From Waterburya sp. (GTDB lineage Bacteria > Cyanobacteriota > Cyanobacteriia > Cyanobacteriales > Xenococcaceae): a stretch of 64,000 nt of DNA. The notes beneath the pieces are model-generated. The model ran no database searches. It saw only the letters and a list, made by a program, of their open reading frames with translations, and had not been told where the DNA came from. Shown here one piece after another: positions 1 through 10,700 of this stretch (position 1 is the first letter of the stretch; each line of letters opens with the position of its first letter). The position numbers were made by a program, and so were the translations under genes. Where the stretch lies: assembly GCA_965217895.1 (NCBI GenBank), contig CBDCJV010000002.1:4256001-4320000 (forward strand), given 5' to 3'.

Positions 1-481
1 TTTTACTAAAGCTGCCGTAGATGAAAAGGCAGACGATGAAGAATGGTTGAGAGCATTAGTGATGATCGTAGCCGACAAGCCTGCTGCTTCTTGGACAGAC
101 CAGGATGTAACTCGGTTTGAGATCGAATTAGCGGATTTAGTCAGAAAGTTTCAAAATCTGGAAGCTCTACAGAAAGAAACAACTGCTAAAGGTGAAGGGT
201 TTGAAGCTCGTCGCATTACCGTGACTCATGCAGATGGGCAGGAAACTCATCGTGTAGTTTGGGTTGATAACGAGCAGGAAAAACAGGTAGAGCAGTTAGT
301 AATAGAGGTTATGAAGGTTTTGCCACAAGACCCTCAATTGCAGCAAGCTGTACTAACTAAACTTACTGAAAGAATTTTAAATGCTTCTTCAGAGTCTAAT
401 AAAGAAATAACCAAGATTTCGAGGAAGCGCAAGGTTAAAGAAACTCAAACATCAAATAAATCTGAAAAAGCAGCAAAATAA
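1..481 (+). CDS. C-terminal end of a large ATP-binding protein, SspC-like (PT modification); 5' end lies outside the window
   Basis: Frame is open from base 2 (FTKAAVDEKADDEEWLRALVMIVADKPAASWTDQDVTRF). The W..L......KP...W.D.D...F pattern resembles SspC-type C-termini, and the gene lies upstream of sspD/sspFGH-like genes. Confidence 0.6.
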   Translation, partial: FTKAAVDEKADDEEWLRALVMIVADKPAASWTDQDVTRFEIELADLVRKFQNLEALQKETTAKGEGFEARRITVTHADGQETHRVVWVDNEQEKQVEQLVIEVMKVLPQDPQLQQAVLTKLTERILNASSESNKEITKISRKRKVKETQTSNKSEKAAK

Positions 482-556
482 TTTAAAAATTATTTTAGCA
501 ACTAAGGCTTTCTTGTATAGGAAAACAATAGAGACATGTGTTAAGGAATAATACTC

Positions 557-1288
557 GTGAAAATAGACGGTTTTATTGAGATTTTAGATAGATATTTTTT
601 GGATTTTATTGGTACAGTTATTCCAGGTACTGCGTTTATAACAGAAATTTATATACTTTTAAAACAGCCACTACTGTCTAATAAAATAATAGTATCAAAC
701 AGTGGAGCAACTTGAATTTTTTGCATCATCTTAGGATATATAGTGGGACACGCATTGAGTAGTATTGGAAATTACGTAATTATTGAACTTTTAGAACACT
801 TAAAAGCTCACCAATATACTAAATGGTTATTGCCAAGGTTTATCACCCCAAAAAAGCAGCTTTTTGAAAAAATACAAAAGCGAATAGATTACAAGCAATT
901 AGTTAGTCAAGCAATAAAGTATTTTTCTATTGAAGTAGAAGCAGAAAGTGATTTTAGTTCTTGGCGAAATATAGCAATGTCTTTAGCAGAAGATAATTCC
1001 TTAGCATATCGTTTTATGTTCCTTTCTTTAATGAATTTAGGTATAGCGACTAGTATTCTGCTAACAGATTTATTGTGGATTCTACTACATCTAATAAATG
1101 GTCGTTTTGGAATTAACCTTAATTTGCTTAATTTCAATTTGGTATCATTTATTTTAATTTTTTTAGTTAGCTTGCCATTTTTGGAAAGATACTATCAATT
1201 TTATAGATATTCTATGGAAGTTCCTTTCTCTAAAGCTCTAGTAAAGCTTAAAGAGCTAGAACAAACCTCCAATGAAAGAGATACCTGA
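557..1288 (+). pseudogene. Multi-pass membrane protein gene interrupted by an in-frame TGA at 713-715
   Basis: GTG at 557 follows AAGGA and reads MKIDGFIEILDRYFLDFIGTVIPGTAF...SGAT*IFCIILGYIVGHAL, in frame with ORF 743..1288. Hydrophobic segments lie on both sides of the stop. Confidence 0.65.
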
Positions 1289-3362
1289 CGATATTATGTC
1301 TGATGTGATCGCCTGTTTTCCGCAAATAATTAAATTGTGCCGTCAGAGTAAAGTCGGCAAGATTTTACCTGATGCCTTTTACATTCATATCAGCGCGATC
1401 GCAGAACTGGACGATCTTGTCATTGCTTATGAGGCTAAAGCTAGAGAGTTACTAGGCAAGAGAGACAATGACTACAATATTCTGAAATTTGGGTTGTCAA
1501 AGCCCCAAATATCTTATTTGTCCTATCCTAAATTCGAGTCAGATCCCCATCCTCGTCTGAAATCCAGCCTAATTGTCAATCTTCAAACTAAGGATATTGT
1601 TTATCGAGATTATACGGATTCTAAAAATCCCCCCATCCTGCACAGAAAAGAAACCTTCATCTCCAAACAGCACCATCTATACGATAAATTTAGTCACCTA
1701 ACTAAGTGCGAACAAGAAATTGGGTTACTCAAGCCTGCTAAACAGATTGGATTTCTTAAACAATGGCAGCAGTTTCTCGCTCTCAACCACATTCAATTTG
1801 AGGATCACTATTTAGCTTGCGCGATCGATAAGGCTGGCAATAACAACAAACTTCTGGAAATAGATCGTCATAAAGCAGCGATTGTTCGTAACGATCTGTC
1901 CCGTCCTGTAAAACTGGCTTTTGAGGCTAATTTGCTTTCAGATAAAGTCAGTTTTTTTGATTATGGGTGCGGTCATGGAGGAGATGTTAGCAGACTTACC
2001 GATCGAGGAATTGAGAGTGCAGGATGGGACCCCCATTACTTTTCAGAACATCCATTGAATTCGGCTGATGTTGTTAACGTCGGATACGTAATCAATGTCA
2101 TTGAAAATCTTGCCGAACGCAGACAAGCCTTAATAAATGCTTGGAATTTGACTAAAAAGGTTTTAATCGTCTCGGCTCAAGTATTGGTAAGTGATGCCAG
2201 TAGAAACTGGGTTGCTTATGGTGACGGAGTAGTGACAAGTCGCAATACCTTTCAAAAATATTTTGAACAGGAAGAACTAAAGCTTTATATAGATCAAGTT
2301 TTAGAAGTAGATTCAATTCCTTCTGCTTTGGGAGTATATTTTGTTTTTCGCGATCCGATTGAGGCTGAAAAGTTTCGTTCTTCTCGTTTTCGCTCTCGTG
2401 CTAGAACTCCTAGAGTTCAGCTAAGAGTTAATTACTTTGAGGAATATAAACATTTACTTGCTCCCTTGATGGAGTTTATGACCGAACGAGGTCGTTTACC
2501 CGTTAAAGGAGAATTGGATAGTGAATCAGAGATTAAAGCCAAATTCGGTAGCCTACGTAAAGCATTTAACTTAATACTGAAGGCGACTAGTGAAGATGAA
2601 TGGTCGGCGATCGCCGAAAAAAGAAGCCAGGAATTGTTAATTTATTTGGCATTGAGTAATTTTCATAAACGCCCCAAATGCAGACAGCTATCCTCAGACG
2701 TACAAGAAGATATAAAAGCATTATTTGGCAGCTACAAACAAGTCTGTACAGAAGCTGATGCCATGCTACTAAGTTTGGGCAACTTGGAAAATATCGCACG
2801 GGCAGCAAATGAAAGTTCGATTGGGAAAAAACTAACTAACTCATTACTCATTCATATCAGTGCTTTGGAACAGCTAGACCCGTTGCTGAGACTTTATGAG
2901 GGATGCGCTAGTAGAACTATTGGACGTTTAGAAGATGTCAACGTTATCAAATTCTATACTAGTAAGCCTCAAATTTCCTATCTTCATTACCCAAATTTCG
3001 ACGACGATCCCCATCCATTTTTGAAAACCAGTATGCAAATTAGGTTACGTGACTTGCGAGTATACTATCGCGATTATGAATTACAAGGCGACACGCCTAT
3101 TTTGCATCAGAAAGATCTATTAGTTACAGAGGATTACCCTGGCTACGAAAAATTTGCTAAATTAACAGCTCAAGAAAATAATTGGGATTTATTGAGTAAC
3201 TGGCAGCAAATCAGGTCTTATGGGGGTTGGCAAGCTTGCTTAGAGGAACATTGTGCCGAGCTTAAAGGTCATCGAGTCTACTTCCAAAATGATGCCGACC
3301 CCTATAAATTAAAGATTCTAAAATCTGGAATTCAGAAAAGGCGCAAACAAAACCAAGGATGA
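1272..3362 (+). CDS. DNA phosphorothioation-associated putative methyltransferase
   Basis: Central SAM motif FDYGCGHGGD, GWDPHY and VNVGYVINVIE, flanked by two copies of a KPQISYL.YP.F..DPHP...PILH.K domain; PT-locus context. Confidence 0.85.
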   Translation: MKEIPDDIMSDVIACFPQIIKLCRQSKVGKILPDAFYIHISAIAELDDLVIAYEAKARELLGKRDNDYNILKFGLSKPQISYLSYPKFESDPHPRLKSSLIVNLQTKDIVYRDYTDSKNPPILHRKETFISKQHHLYDKFSHLTKCEQEIGLLKPAKQIGFLKQWQQFLALNHIQFEDHYLACAIDKAGNNNKLLEIDRHKAAIVRNDLSRPVKLAFEANLLSDKVSFFDYGCGHGGDVSRLTDRGIESAGWDPHYFSEHPLNSADVVNVGYVINVIENLAERRQALINAWNLTKKVLIVSAQVLVSDASRNWVAYGDGVVTSRNTFQKYFEQEELKLYIDQVLEVDSIPSALGVYFVFRDPIEAEKFRSSRFRSRARTPRVQLRVNYFEEYKHLLAPLMEFMTERGRLPVKGELDSESEIKAKFGSLRKAFNLILKATSEDEWSAIAEKRSQELLIYLALSNFHKRPKCRQLSSDVQEDIKALFGSYKQVCTEADAMLLSLGNLENIARAANESSIGKKLTNSLLIHISALEQLDPLLRLYEGCASRTIGRLEDVNVIKFYTSKPQISYLHYPNFDDDPHPFLKTSMQIRLRDLRVYYRDYELQGDTPILHQKDLLVTEDYPGYEKFAKLTAQENNWDLLSNWQQIRSYGGWQACLEEHCAELKGHRVYFQNDADPYKLKILKSGIQKRRKQNQG

Positions 3363-3523
3363 TAATATTTTTTTCTCTAGAGTAAATTTTACTTTTACTT
3401 TAGGGAACTATTTAAGTAACCCTTATAGTTGGTATTCAAAAAGCCGTTAATGCAATTGGGACAAGAGTAGTATAGTAAACATATGCTGGTATTTTGAAAT
3501 CAGACCGTTATTTATAATTGAGA

Positions 3524-4324
3524 ATGAGTGAAAAAAAAGTTAGGCATGTATTAGGACTCTCAGGAGGTAAGGACTCAACTGCCTTAGCTATTTTGCTGCA
3601 TCAAGAAATTCCTGACATGGAATACTTTTTTTGTGACACTCATAAGGAATTACCCGAAACTTACGAATATTTAGATCGTATTAAGGCTCGCTTGGGCATT
3701 AAAATCAACTACTTAAGTGAAAAAAGAGGTTTCGATCATTGGTTAGCTCTTCACGATGGTCTATTGCCCTCGCCTCAAATGCGGTGGTGTACCATCAAAA
3801 TGAAAATTAAGCCTTTTGAAGAGTTTGTGGGCAATGATGAAGCAATCAGCTATATTGGCATTCGTGCTGATGAAAATCGTGATGGCTATCTATCTACTAA
3901 ACCAAATCTAAAGCCTGTATTTCCTTTTAAGGAAAGAGGATTAGTCAAAGCAGATATTATCCGCTTACTAGAAGACAGCGGTATTGGTCTACCCGATTAC
4001 TATCGCTGGCGCAGTCGCTCGGGCTGTTTTTTTTGTTTCTTTCAGCGTAAATATGAGTGGGTAATGCTAGCCCAAGAACATCCAGATTTGTTCGCTAAAG
4101 CAATTGAATATGAGCAGAATCATGCCGATGGTCGAACCTATACCTGGACACAGGGAGAAACGTTATCGGAACTTTTAGAACGTAAGGATGAAATTATTGC
4201 TAACCATGACAAGGCAATAAACAAAACTAAAAAAGCTGCTCCTAATCGTCCTTTAGCCGAAGCTTTAGAGTCAGTTTTGGATGACGAAGATGATGGTTTG
4301 CCCTGTTTAGCTTGTCATTTATAA
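3524..4324 (+). CDS. sspD: PAPS-reductase family PT modification protein (SspD/DndC-like)
   Basis: SGGKDS PP-loop, RWCT..MK, GIRADE, RSGCFFCFFQ, C-terminal CLACHL. ATG 3524 preferred over TTG 3518. Confidence 0.8.
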   Translation: MSEKKVRHVLGLSGGKDSTALAILLHQEIPDMEYFFCDTHKELPETYEYLDRIKARLGIKINYLSEKRGFDHWLALHDGLLPSPQMRWCTIKMKIKPFEEFVGNDEAISYIGIRADENRDGYLSTKPNLKPVFPFKERGLVKADIIRLLEDSGIGLPDYYRWRSRSGCFFCFFQRKYEWVMLAQEHPDLFAKAIEYEQNHADGRTYTWTQGETLSELLERKDEIIANHDKAINKTKKAAPNRPLAEALESVLDDEDDGLPCLACHL

Positions 4325-4327
4325 CTT

Positions 4328-6187
4328 ATGAATACTTACCCTTCTTCTATTAAATCTAAATGGATTGATTTTCTCAGACATTACGGGCCAATTCCTCGCA
4401 ATGACAATATGTATGATGAGGTTATTCAACGAACCTTAAAAAGAAAAAAAGTTGACCCTATTATTTTTGATACAGAATATCTTAATGAGTTAATTGAAAA
4501 TTTTCAAGGAAGTTCGCCTAAATCAGTAATTTTAACGGGAACGGCTGGAGATGGTAAAACATTTTGTTGTCGTCAGATTTGGGAAGCATTAAACGGTCAA
4601 TCCGAAGATTGGGAAAAAGACCAAAAAGTTTATCAATTAGAAATTGGAAATAAACAACTATTCGTTGTTAAAGACCTAAGCGAATTAGAAGATCATCGTA
4701 AAACGAACTTATTAACTAAAATGGCTGACTCTATTGTTCAGCCTTCTTCTTCAGATATTTATCTAATTGCAGCTAATGATGGACAACTAATAGAAGCATG
4801 GAAAAAAGCTCAAGATACGCCTAGCGTAAAAGAAGTTCGTCAAGTTATTGAAGAGTTATTAGTTACTGATACCAAAGAAAAATCTAATTACAATTTACAT
4901 TTATATAATCTCAGTCGTTTAAGTGCTGCCAAAATTGTCCTCAAAATCCTAGATGCAGTATTAAATCATTCTGGTTGGCAGGAATGCCATCAGTGTTCTT
5001 ATTACAACCCTCCTAGCCAGAACGAAAAATGTCCTATTTGGGAAAACAAAATAAGACTTGAAGGTACAGAGAATAACAAAACGCTCCAAAGCAGATTAGT
5101 CGATCTTCTTGAATTAGCTGAACTTAATGAAATGCACCTTCCTATTCGGCAATTACTTTTGCTTATTGCCAATATTTTACTTGGTCATCCTGATGGTAAA
5201 GATAAACTTTTAAACTGTAGAAAAATTCCTGCTATTGTTGGACAAGGAACCAGTCATAATGCCAGCCTATATCGCAATATTTTTGGTGCAAATTTATCTC
5301 TTAGAAAAAGGACTTCTATCGAAGTTTTTAAAGTATTGAATTATTTTGGTATAGGAACTGAAACCAGCAATCAAATTGATAATATCCTTATTTTTGGCTC
5401 TGACGATCCTAACTTTAAAGATGACTATAACTCTTTGATTGAAACCGATACTTTTTATGGTGCATATCGTAATTTTTATTTAAAACAAAAAAGCTATCTT
5501 GAAGGAAATTACTCAGAAGATAGAAATGATTTTTTAGTAATGCTTCAATCTCAAAGGCAAAGACTATTTTTTGTTATTTCACTCGAACAAGAATTAAGCC
5601 TTGATTTCTGGAATTTAACAGTATTTCAATATGCAGGAGAATATTTAAATGATGTCTATCGAGTCTTAAAAAATAACCAACAAATTTCTCAAATTATAAT
5701 TGGACGTTTAATCAGAGGACTTAATCGTATTTTTACAGGAATGTTGGTTAAAAATCAAGATAAATTAATTATTGCAACGTCAGGAAGTTACTCTCAAGCA
5801 AGAATCAGTAAAGTTTATGAAGATGAAATATCCGTTAGAAAAAAAAGAGGTGAAGAAGTTACTATAGAACTAGAAACAAACCAAAATAAACTAAATTTAG
5901 TGGTTTATCTTTCCTCGAATCAAGAATTGTTTCCCATTAAATTAGGTCTTAATTTAACTCGCTATGAATACCTAAGTAGAGTAGCAGAAGGTACATTACC
6001 TAGCAGTTTTTCTAAAGAGTGTTATGAAGACATATTAGCTTTTAAAACTCAAGTTTTACAACAAATTGAACAAAGAAAACGTCTTGAAGGGGAAGAGGAA
6101 ATAGACTCGGAAAATTATATGTTACTTCAATTACTTGAAGTCAAAGATGAAATTGCTCATTCTGTTCAAGTAGAAATTAAGATATGA
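4328..6187 (+). CDS. sspF: P-loop NTPase, SspF/DptF-like PT-dependent restriction subunit
   Basis: Walker A GTAGDGKT, VKDLSE, IAANDGQL, YNLSR; starts 3 bp after sspD and overlaps the next gene by ATGA. Confidence 0.7.
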   Translation: MNTYPSSIKSKWIDFLRHYGPIPRNDNMYDEVIQRTLKRKKVDPIIFDTEYLNELIENFQGSSPKSVILTGTAGDGKTFCCRQIWEALNGQSEDWEKDQKVYQLEIGNKQLFVVKDLSELEDHRKTNLLTKMADSIVQPSSSDIYLIAANDGQLIEAWKKAQDTPSVKEVRQVIEELLVTDTKEKSNYNLHLYNLSRLSAAKIVLKILDAVLNHSGWQECHQCSYYNPPSQNEKCPIWENKIRLEGTENNKTLQSRLVDLLELAELNEMHLPIRQLLLLIANILLGHPDGKDKLLNCRKIPAIVGQGTSHNASLYRNIFGANLSLRKRTSIEVFKVLNYFGIGTETSNQIDNILIFGSDDPNFKDDYNSLIETDTFYGAYRNFYLKQKSYLEGNYSEDRNDFLVMLQSQRQRLFFVISLEQELSLDFWNLTVFQYAGEYLNDVYRVLKNNQQISQIIIGRLIRGLNRIFTGMLVKNQDKLIIATSGSYSQARISKVYEDEISVRKKRGEEVTIELETNQNKLNLVVYLSSNQELFPIKLGLNLTRYEYLSRVAEGTLPSSFSKECYEDILAFKTQVLQQIEQRKRLEGEEEIDSENYMLLQLLEVKDEIAHSVQVEIKI

Positions 6188-7770
6188 ATAAAAATATTTT
6201 ACCTCGTCCTCAACAAATATCAGATCAATTTGAAATGTGGGTTGATGAAGCCATTTGGGGACATCGCCTTTATGACGAACAAACACCTTGGTTAACTCTG
6301 TTAGAATTTTTGGGTATTCTTCAATCTCAAATTGAAATTGGTAAAGGATTTATAGAAGAAGAAAATCAGCTAAATTATTTAAACTATTATTATTATTCTC
6401 GTCTTTCTTTGCGTAATATATTATTTAATAATCCTTATTTGGAAGCTATTAGTGATGAATTTTTTAACGATGATGACTGTTGGCAAAAATGGGAATTATA
6501 CATGATTAAAAGTTGTGGTGGTATTAATCCTCCCGTAGACTTTAGTTATTTAAAAGAGCGGTTTTCTTCCTTTAAAGATTTTGTAAAAATTGTCCATTTT
6601 CTTCAAACTAATGCTATTGAAGGCGATAGTAATAAACGATGGACTTCTAAATTTATTTTTCCTTATGGTCCAGATTGTTTGTATTCTGATTTAAGAGTTA
6701 AAGGGACAAATTTTAGTCAAGATCGTCGTTTTTTTGCAAGAACAGGAGAATTACTCTATTTAATGCTTTGTCGCAGTGGGAAAAGAGAAGAATTAAAAAC
6801 TGCTCTTATTAACTTAAGAATTGTTGCAGAACCAGATAATAAACATCAAACTTCAAAATGGAATCATCTCGTTGTAATGTTACAACCAGAATCTGAACTT
6901 AAAAAGGATAATACAAGAAAAAGTGGTAATCCTCCCTATCTTCCATATAAAGAACTTCCTGAATATACTGCTTTAGCTGAAGATTGGCTAAATATTTTAC
7001 ATTACAACTTACCAGATTATGATGCTATTCCCTATCTAGTTACTCTAACGGGACTTCATCTAGTTATTTACTTATTAAAAAGGGCAAAAGCTGTTTTAGA
7101 AATTGCTGAATCTCCTCAATTTGTTTTGGAAATTGTTGCTCCAAAAAAAACCGTGGTGCGTGATTTAGCTTCTAGCTCTTTTTTAGAGAATAATAACTTA
7201 TCTTACCAAGCAATAGAAAATTATATTCTAAGTATTACGACAACATTAGACTGGGAACAGTGTAAAACTTCTTCTAATGCTGTTCACGATACTTTAGAGC
7301 TTATCCAAAAAGGATTTGCTTGGAATTTAAAAAAAGCCGGTAAGATACCAGAAAATTCCTCGCCTGATGAAATTCTTAAAATATTCCGTGAAAAAGCAAT
7401 TTCTCGCCATAAGCAGCATATTGGCAACTGTCATAGTAGTTGGTCAAAAGAAATTGGACTAGCTTCTAGTAGGGGAAGTCGCAGAATTCGTTATGCTCCT
7501 ACTGATTCACTATTAAAAACCTTAGTCTTATGTACTGTACCGCATCGCTTAGAATTTCAAAATTTCCTAGCTAAATTATCAGAAACATACGGTTTTATTA
7601 TTGGAGACCGCCAAGCTACCAAATTTATTGAAACAGGGGAAGCAGATCGAGAGGCGTTTGCTAGTAATGCAGAACGTTTAGAACAGCGTCTTGCCAGTTT
7701 AGGCTTATTGAAACGACTTTCAGATGCTTGTGCCTATGTACAAAATCCTTTTGCGGTGGAGTCAGTATAA
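6184..7770 (+). CDS. sspG: SspG/DptG-like PT-dependent restriction subunit
   Basis: Coupled between the F-like and H-like genes; C-terminal L..LGLL.RLSDAC.YV motif of the DptG/SspG type. Confidence 0.7.
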   Translation: MNKNILPRPQQISDQFEMWVDEAIWGHRLYDEQTPWLTLLEFLGILQSQIEIGKGFIEEENQLNYLNYYYYSRLSLRNILFNNPYLEAISDEFFNDDDCWQKWELYMIKSCGGINPPVDFSYLKERFSSFKDFVKIVHFLQTNAIEGDSNKRWTSKFIFPYGPDCLYSDLRVKGTNFSQDRRFFARTGELLYLMLCRSGKREELKTALINLRIVAEPDNKHQTSKWNHLVVMLQPESELKKDNTRKSGNPPYLPYKELPEYTALAEDWLNILHYNLPDYDAIPYLVTLTGLHLVIYLLKRAKAVLEIAESPQFVLEIVAPKKTVVRDLASSSFLENNNLSYQAIENYILSITTTLDWEQCKTSSNAVHDTLELIQKGFAWNLKKAGKIPENSSPDEILKIFREKAISRHKQHIGNCHSSWSKEIGLASSRGSRRIRYAPTDSLLKTLVLCTVPHRLEFQNFLAKLSETYGFIIGDRQATKFIETGEADREAFASNAERLEQRLASLGLLKRLSDACAYVQNPFAVESV

Positions 7771-10700
7771 TGAAGTCTTTAAAATTAATTGGCAAAGTAA
7801 CAACACAATATCTTAAAAGCTTTAGTTCAACAGAGGAAGAAGAAACCGACGATGGTGTGGCTCGTTTTCTGTTAGATTGCCTAACCCCAGAGCAAGTTGC
7901 TGAAATCTGTCGTCAAATTCTTAAAGATCCTCATTTATCATCTCAAATTAAGATTCAAGTTCCCCGCACCCTTATTCATAATTTTGATGATTTAACTACA
8001 GAAATCATGACCGATGAGCGAACGGTTCATTTACGTCATGCCTCTTGTGACAAACCTATTTTATTGCTTGCTAATACTAATGACGACCAAGGACAATCTT
8101 TACAAGACATTACCTGTATTGGCGCAAGTGAACTAAAAGCTGAAAATGATATCTGGGTTGAAGTTGCTAGTCGAGATATACCCTTATCAGAGGAACAGAT
8201 TAAGTATTGGCAAAAAGCTTTAAAAGGATTACAGGCTGCTATAAATTTGAGCTTAGATAATCTCGCTCAGTATATTGTTGATACTCATTCCAGAATTGAA
8301 AATGAAAGTGAACCAATTATTAACGCATTGGGATGGGCTTTGCCATCTCTAAAAATTCCCCGTGATTCTAGTTATTTTGAAGCTATCCCTGAAAACAAAC
8401 GAGGTCATTATCAGCGTTGGCAAAGTCTTTTTCAACAAGCAATTTCCAAGCGAGGGTGTTACTTAATAAAGCAAATGCCTAATCTCAAACCTATAGAAGA
8501 AAAAGAGCTAGAAAATGCTTTTACCAAAGCCAAAGAGCAGATTCCAAAAATAGCCCATTCAACTATTGATGAGTTTATTCATAGTCCTTCTGGTTGGCAT
8601 CAACAAGCATCTAATCTGGCTCAATTTGAATGGGAAAGAGATAATATTGATTCTATCTTTATTGGATTAAAACCTCCCAAAACAGATTTAGCTTCTTTAA
8701 CTATTCAACTTTTTGAAGATGAATATCCTGATACTTTAACAGAGGCTGAAGAACAATATTTAAAAGCCCTTAAAAAGCGTTCTGCTACTAAAAATCCCAA
8801 TGAAGATGACGAAAAATTTTATGAAAATTATCGACAATCTTTAGAACAAAACCCAAAATTAAAAGCTAAATGGGATAAATTTGTTTATGGACAACCAGTT
8901 GAATGTTATGATTTTCTTATTGGATTAATACAAGCTTTTGAAAGACTATATGCTCAATCTGAATCTAAAGAAGGACAACAAACATTAATTATCAAAACCC
9001 AAAAAGGTGTTCGTAAAAGTAAATGGCTTGAAGAACTTAATGTAGAAGTTGGTCTTTACTTTTGTACGAGATATAGAGGGATTGAAAAACTTACCTCGCC
9101 AGAAATTGAATGGGAAACCCATTGGTTATTCAAGTACGACGAGCTATTAGAAGAAAACCAAAAACGACAGCAAAAATATAAGGAAAGTAAATCTGTTAGT
9201 AAAGCAGCCACAGAAATCAAATTCTATGTCGAGCTTCACTCTTCATCTTCAGATAATCCTAAAATTCAATTAATTTGGAAATGTAACCCGAATGCTATCG
9301 GACTAGAACTTCGTCAAGACTTAGAAAGACTTACTGATTCGGCTAAATCAGCCTTTATTCAATCTCAAATAGCACGGGAATTAGTTAGTAAAAAAGGTCG
9401 TCTTCAAGGAATATCTTTAAATGATGTTGGAACGTTAATGGCTGCTTTTGGACAAGATAGAGGTTCTTTAATTCCTAAATATGAGCCGAAACTTGACCTA
9501 GCTAAAACCTTTCCTAAAAAGATTAAAAACGCAGTTGAAGAAAAACGCTTGTCCTCAGAAGCTGCCGAACAAATTAATAATCTTTGGCATAAATTTACCG
9601 CAATATATCAAAAAGCCCTAAAAAGTTGGCTCAGCGAAGAAGGAATTTATAGTAAAAAGTTCTTAGAACAAGGTCAAGCCTACCAAGAATTATTAGAAAC
9701 ACTTTTAAACAATGCTTGTGGAGATCGAAACCGAATTGAACTTTATCAACCTTTACTCAATTTAGGATGTATTCAAGTAGAAAGAGGAAATTCTGCTGCT
9801 ATTATTGCTCCTTGGCATCCTTTAAGACTAGTATCCATAGCTGTTAAGGCTCGTCAAATATCAGGATTGCTCAAATATATTCTCCGTACCGAACAAGTTG
9901 AATTTGGGGATTCTCGTCTTTTCTTTTCCGATTTGACCACAGAATTAGCTCATCCTTACTATCCCGAAGTTGCTGTAGGATATCAAGGTTCTCAACCGAT
10001 TCTTTTATCTTTATCTGATTCAGTTAATGATTATAGTTTATTAGAACAACCAACTTGGGCAGTAAAAAATCAAATTACTAATGAAGACCCCACTGAAGCA
10101 GCTTCCAAATTAATTAAATTAGTACAACGATATTTAGAATTACTTCCCCATGAAAAAACTAATTTAAGTTTAGTTCTTTATCAATGTGATTCTATTAAAC
10201 TACCCCAAGCAGTTGTTAATCAATTAGCTAAATTACAAGAAAATCAAGAAGAATCACGTTGTCATATTATTTTGCGACATCGAGAATCAGAAAAACTTAG
10301 TCGTTTATACGAACAAATGATTGAAAGTTCTGATGCAGATCCAGATACTTTTATTGCCAGTGAAGCTTCACAAGATTTTATGGCAAAACTTCGGATCAGT
10401 GTTATTTCTGACTCAAGTTCAATTAATAATAGCAGCGAAGGAAAATCTGCCGATCTTGTTTTCCTACAAGATGTTATCTCTAGAAATGCTCAGGTAGTTT
10501 GGCAAGCTTCACCGATTGAAAAAACAACTCCCCATTTATTAGATCATGTACCACCAAGATGGGCAAGAAAACGCCCTGTTGCTAAAGATGAATTAAAATC
10601 AACGGTTTATTTGGTTTGTCCTAGTCAACCACAAGAATCTAAAAATTATTTAGATGCAATTTATAGTGTGATTGAAGGACAAGAGCTATCTCCTGAAAAA

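Noticed and set aside
7728..7769. ORF-track start of the FtsK-domain gene
   Set aside because: Overlaps sspG; ATG 7770 in a TAATG coupling is more plausible.
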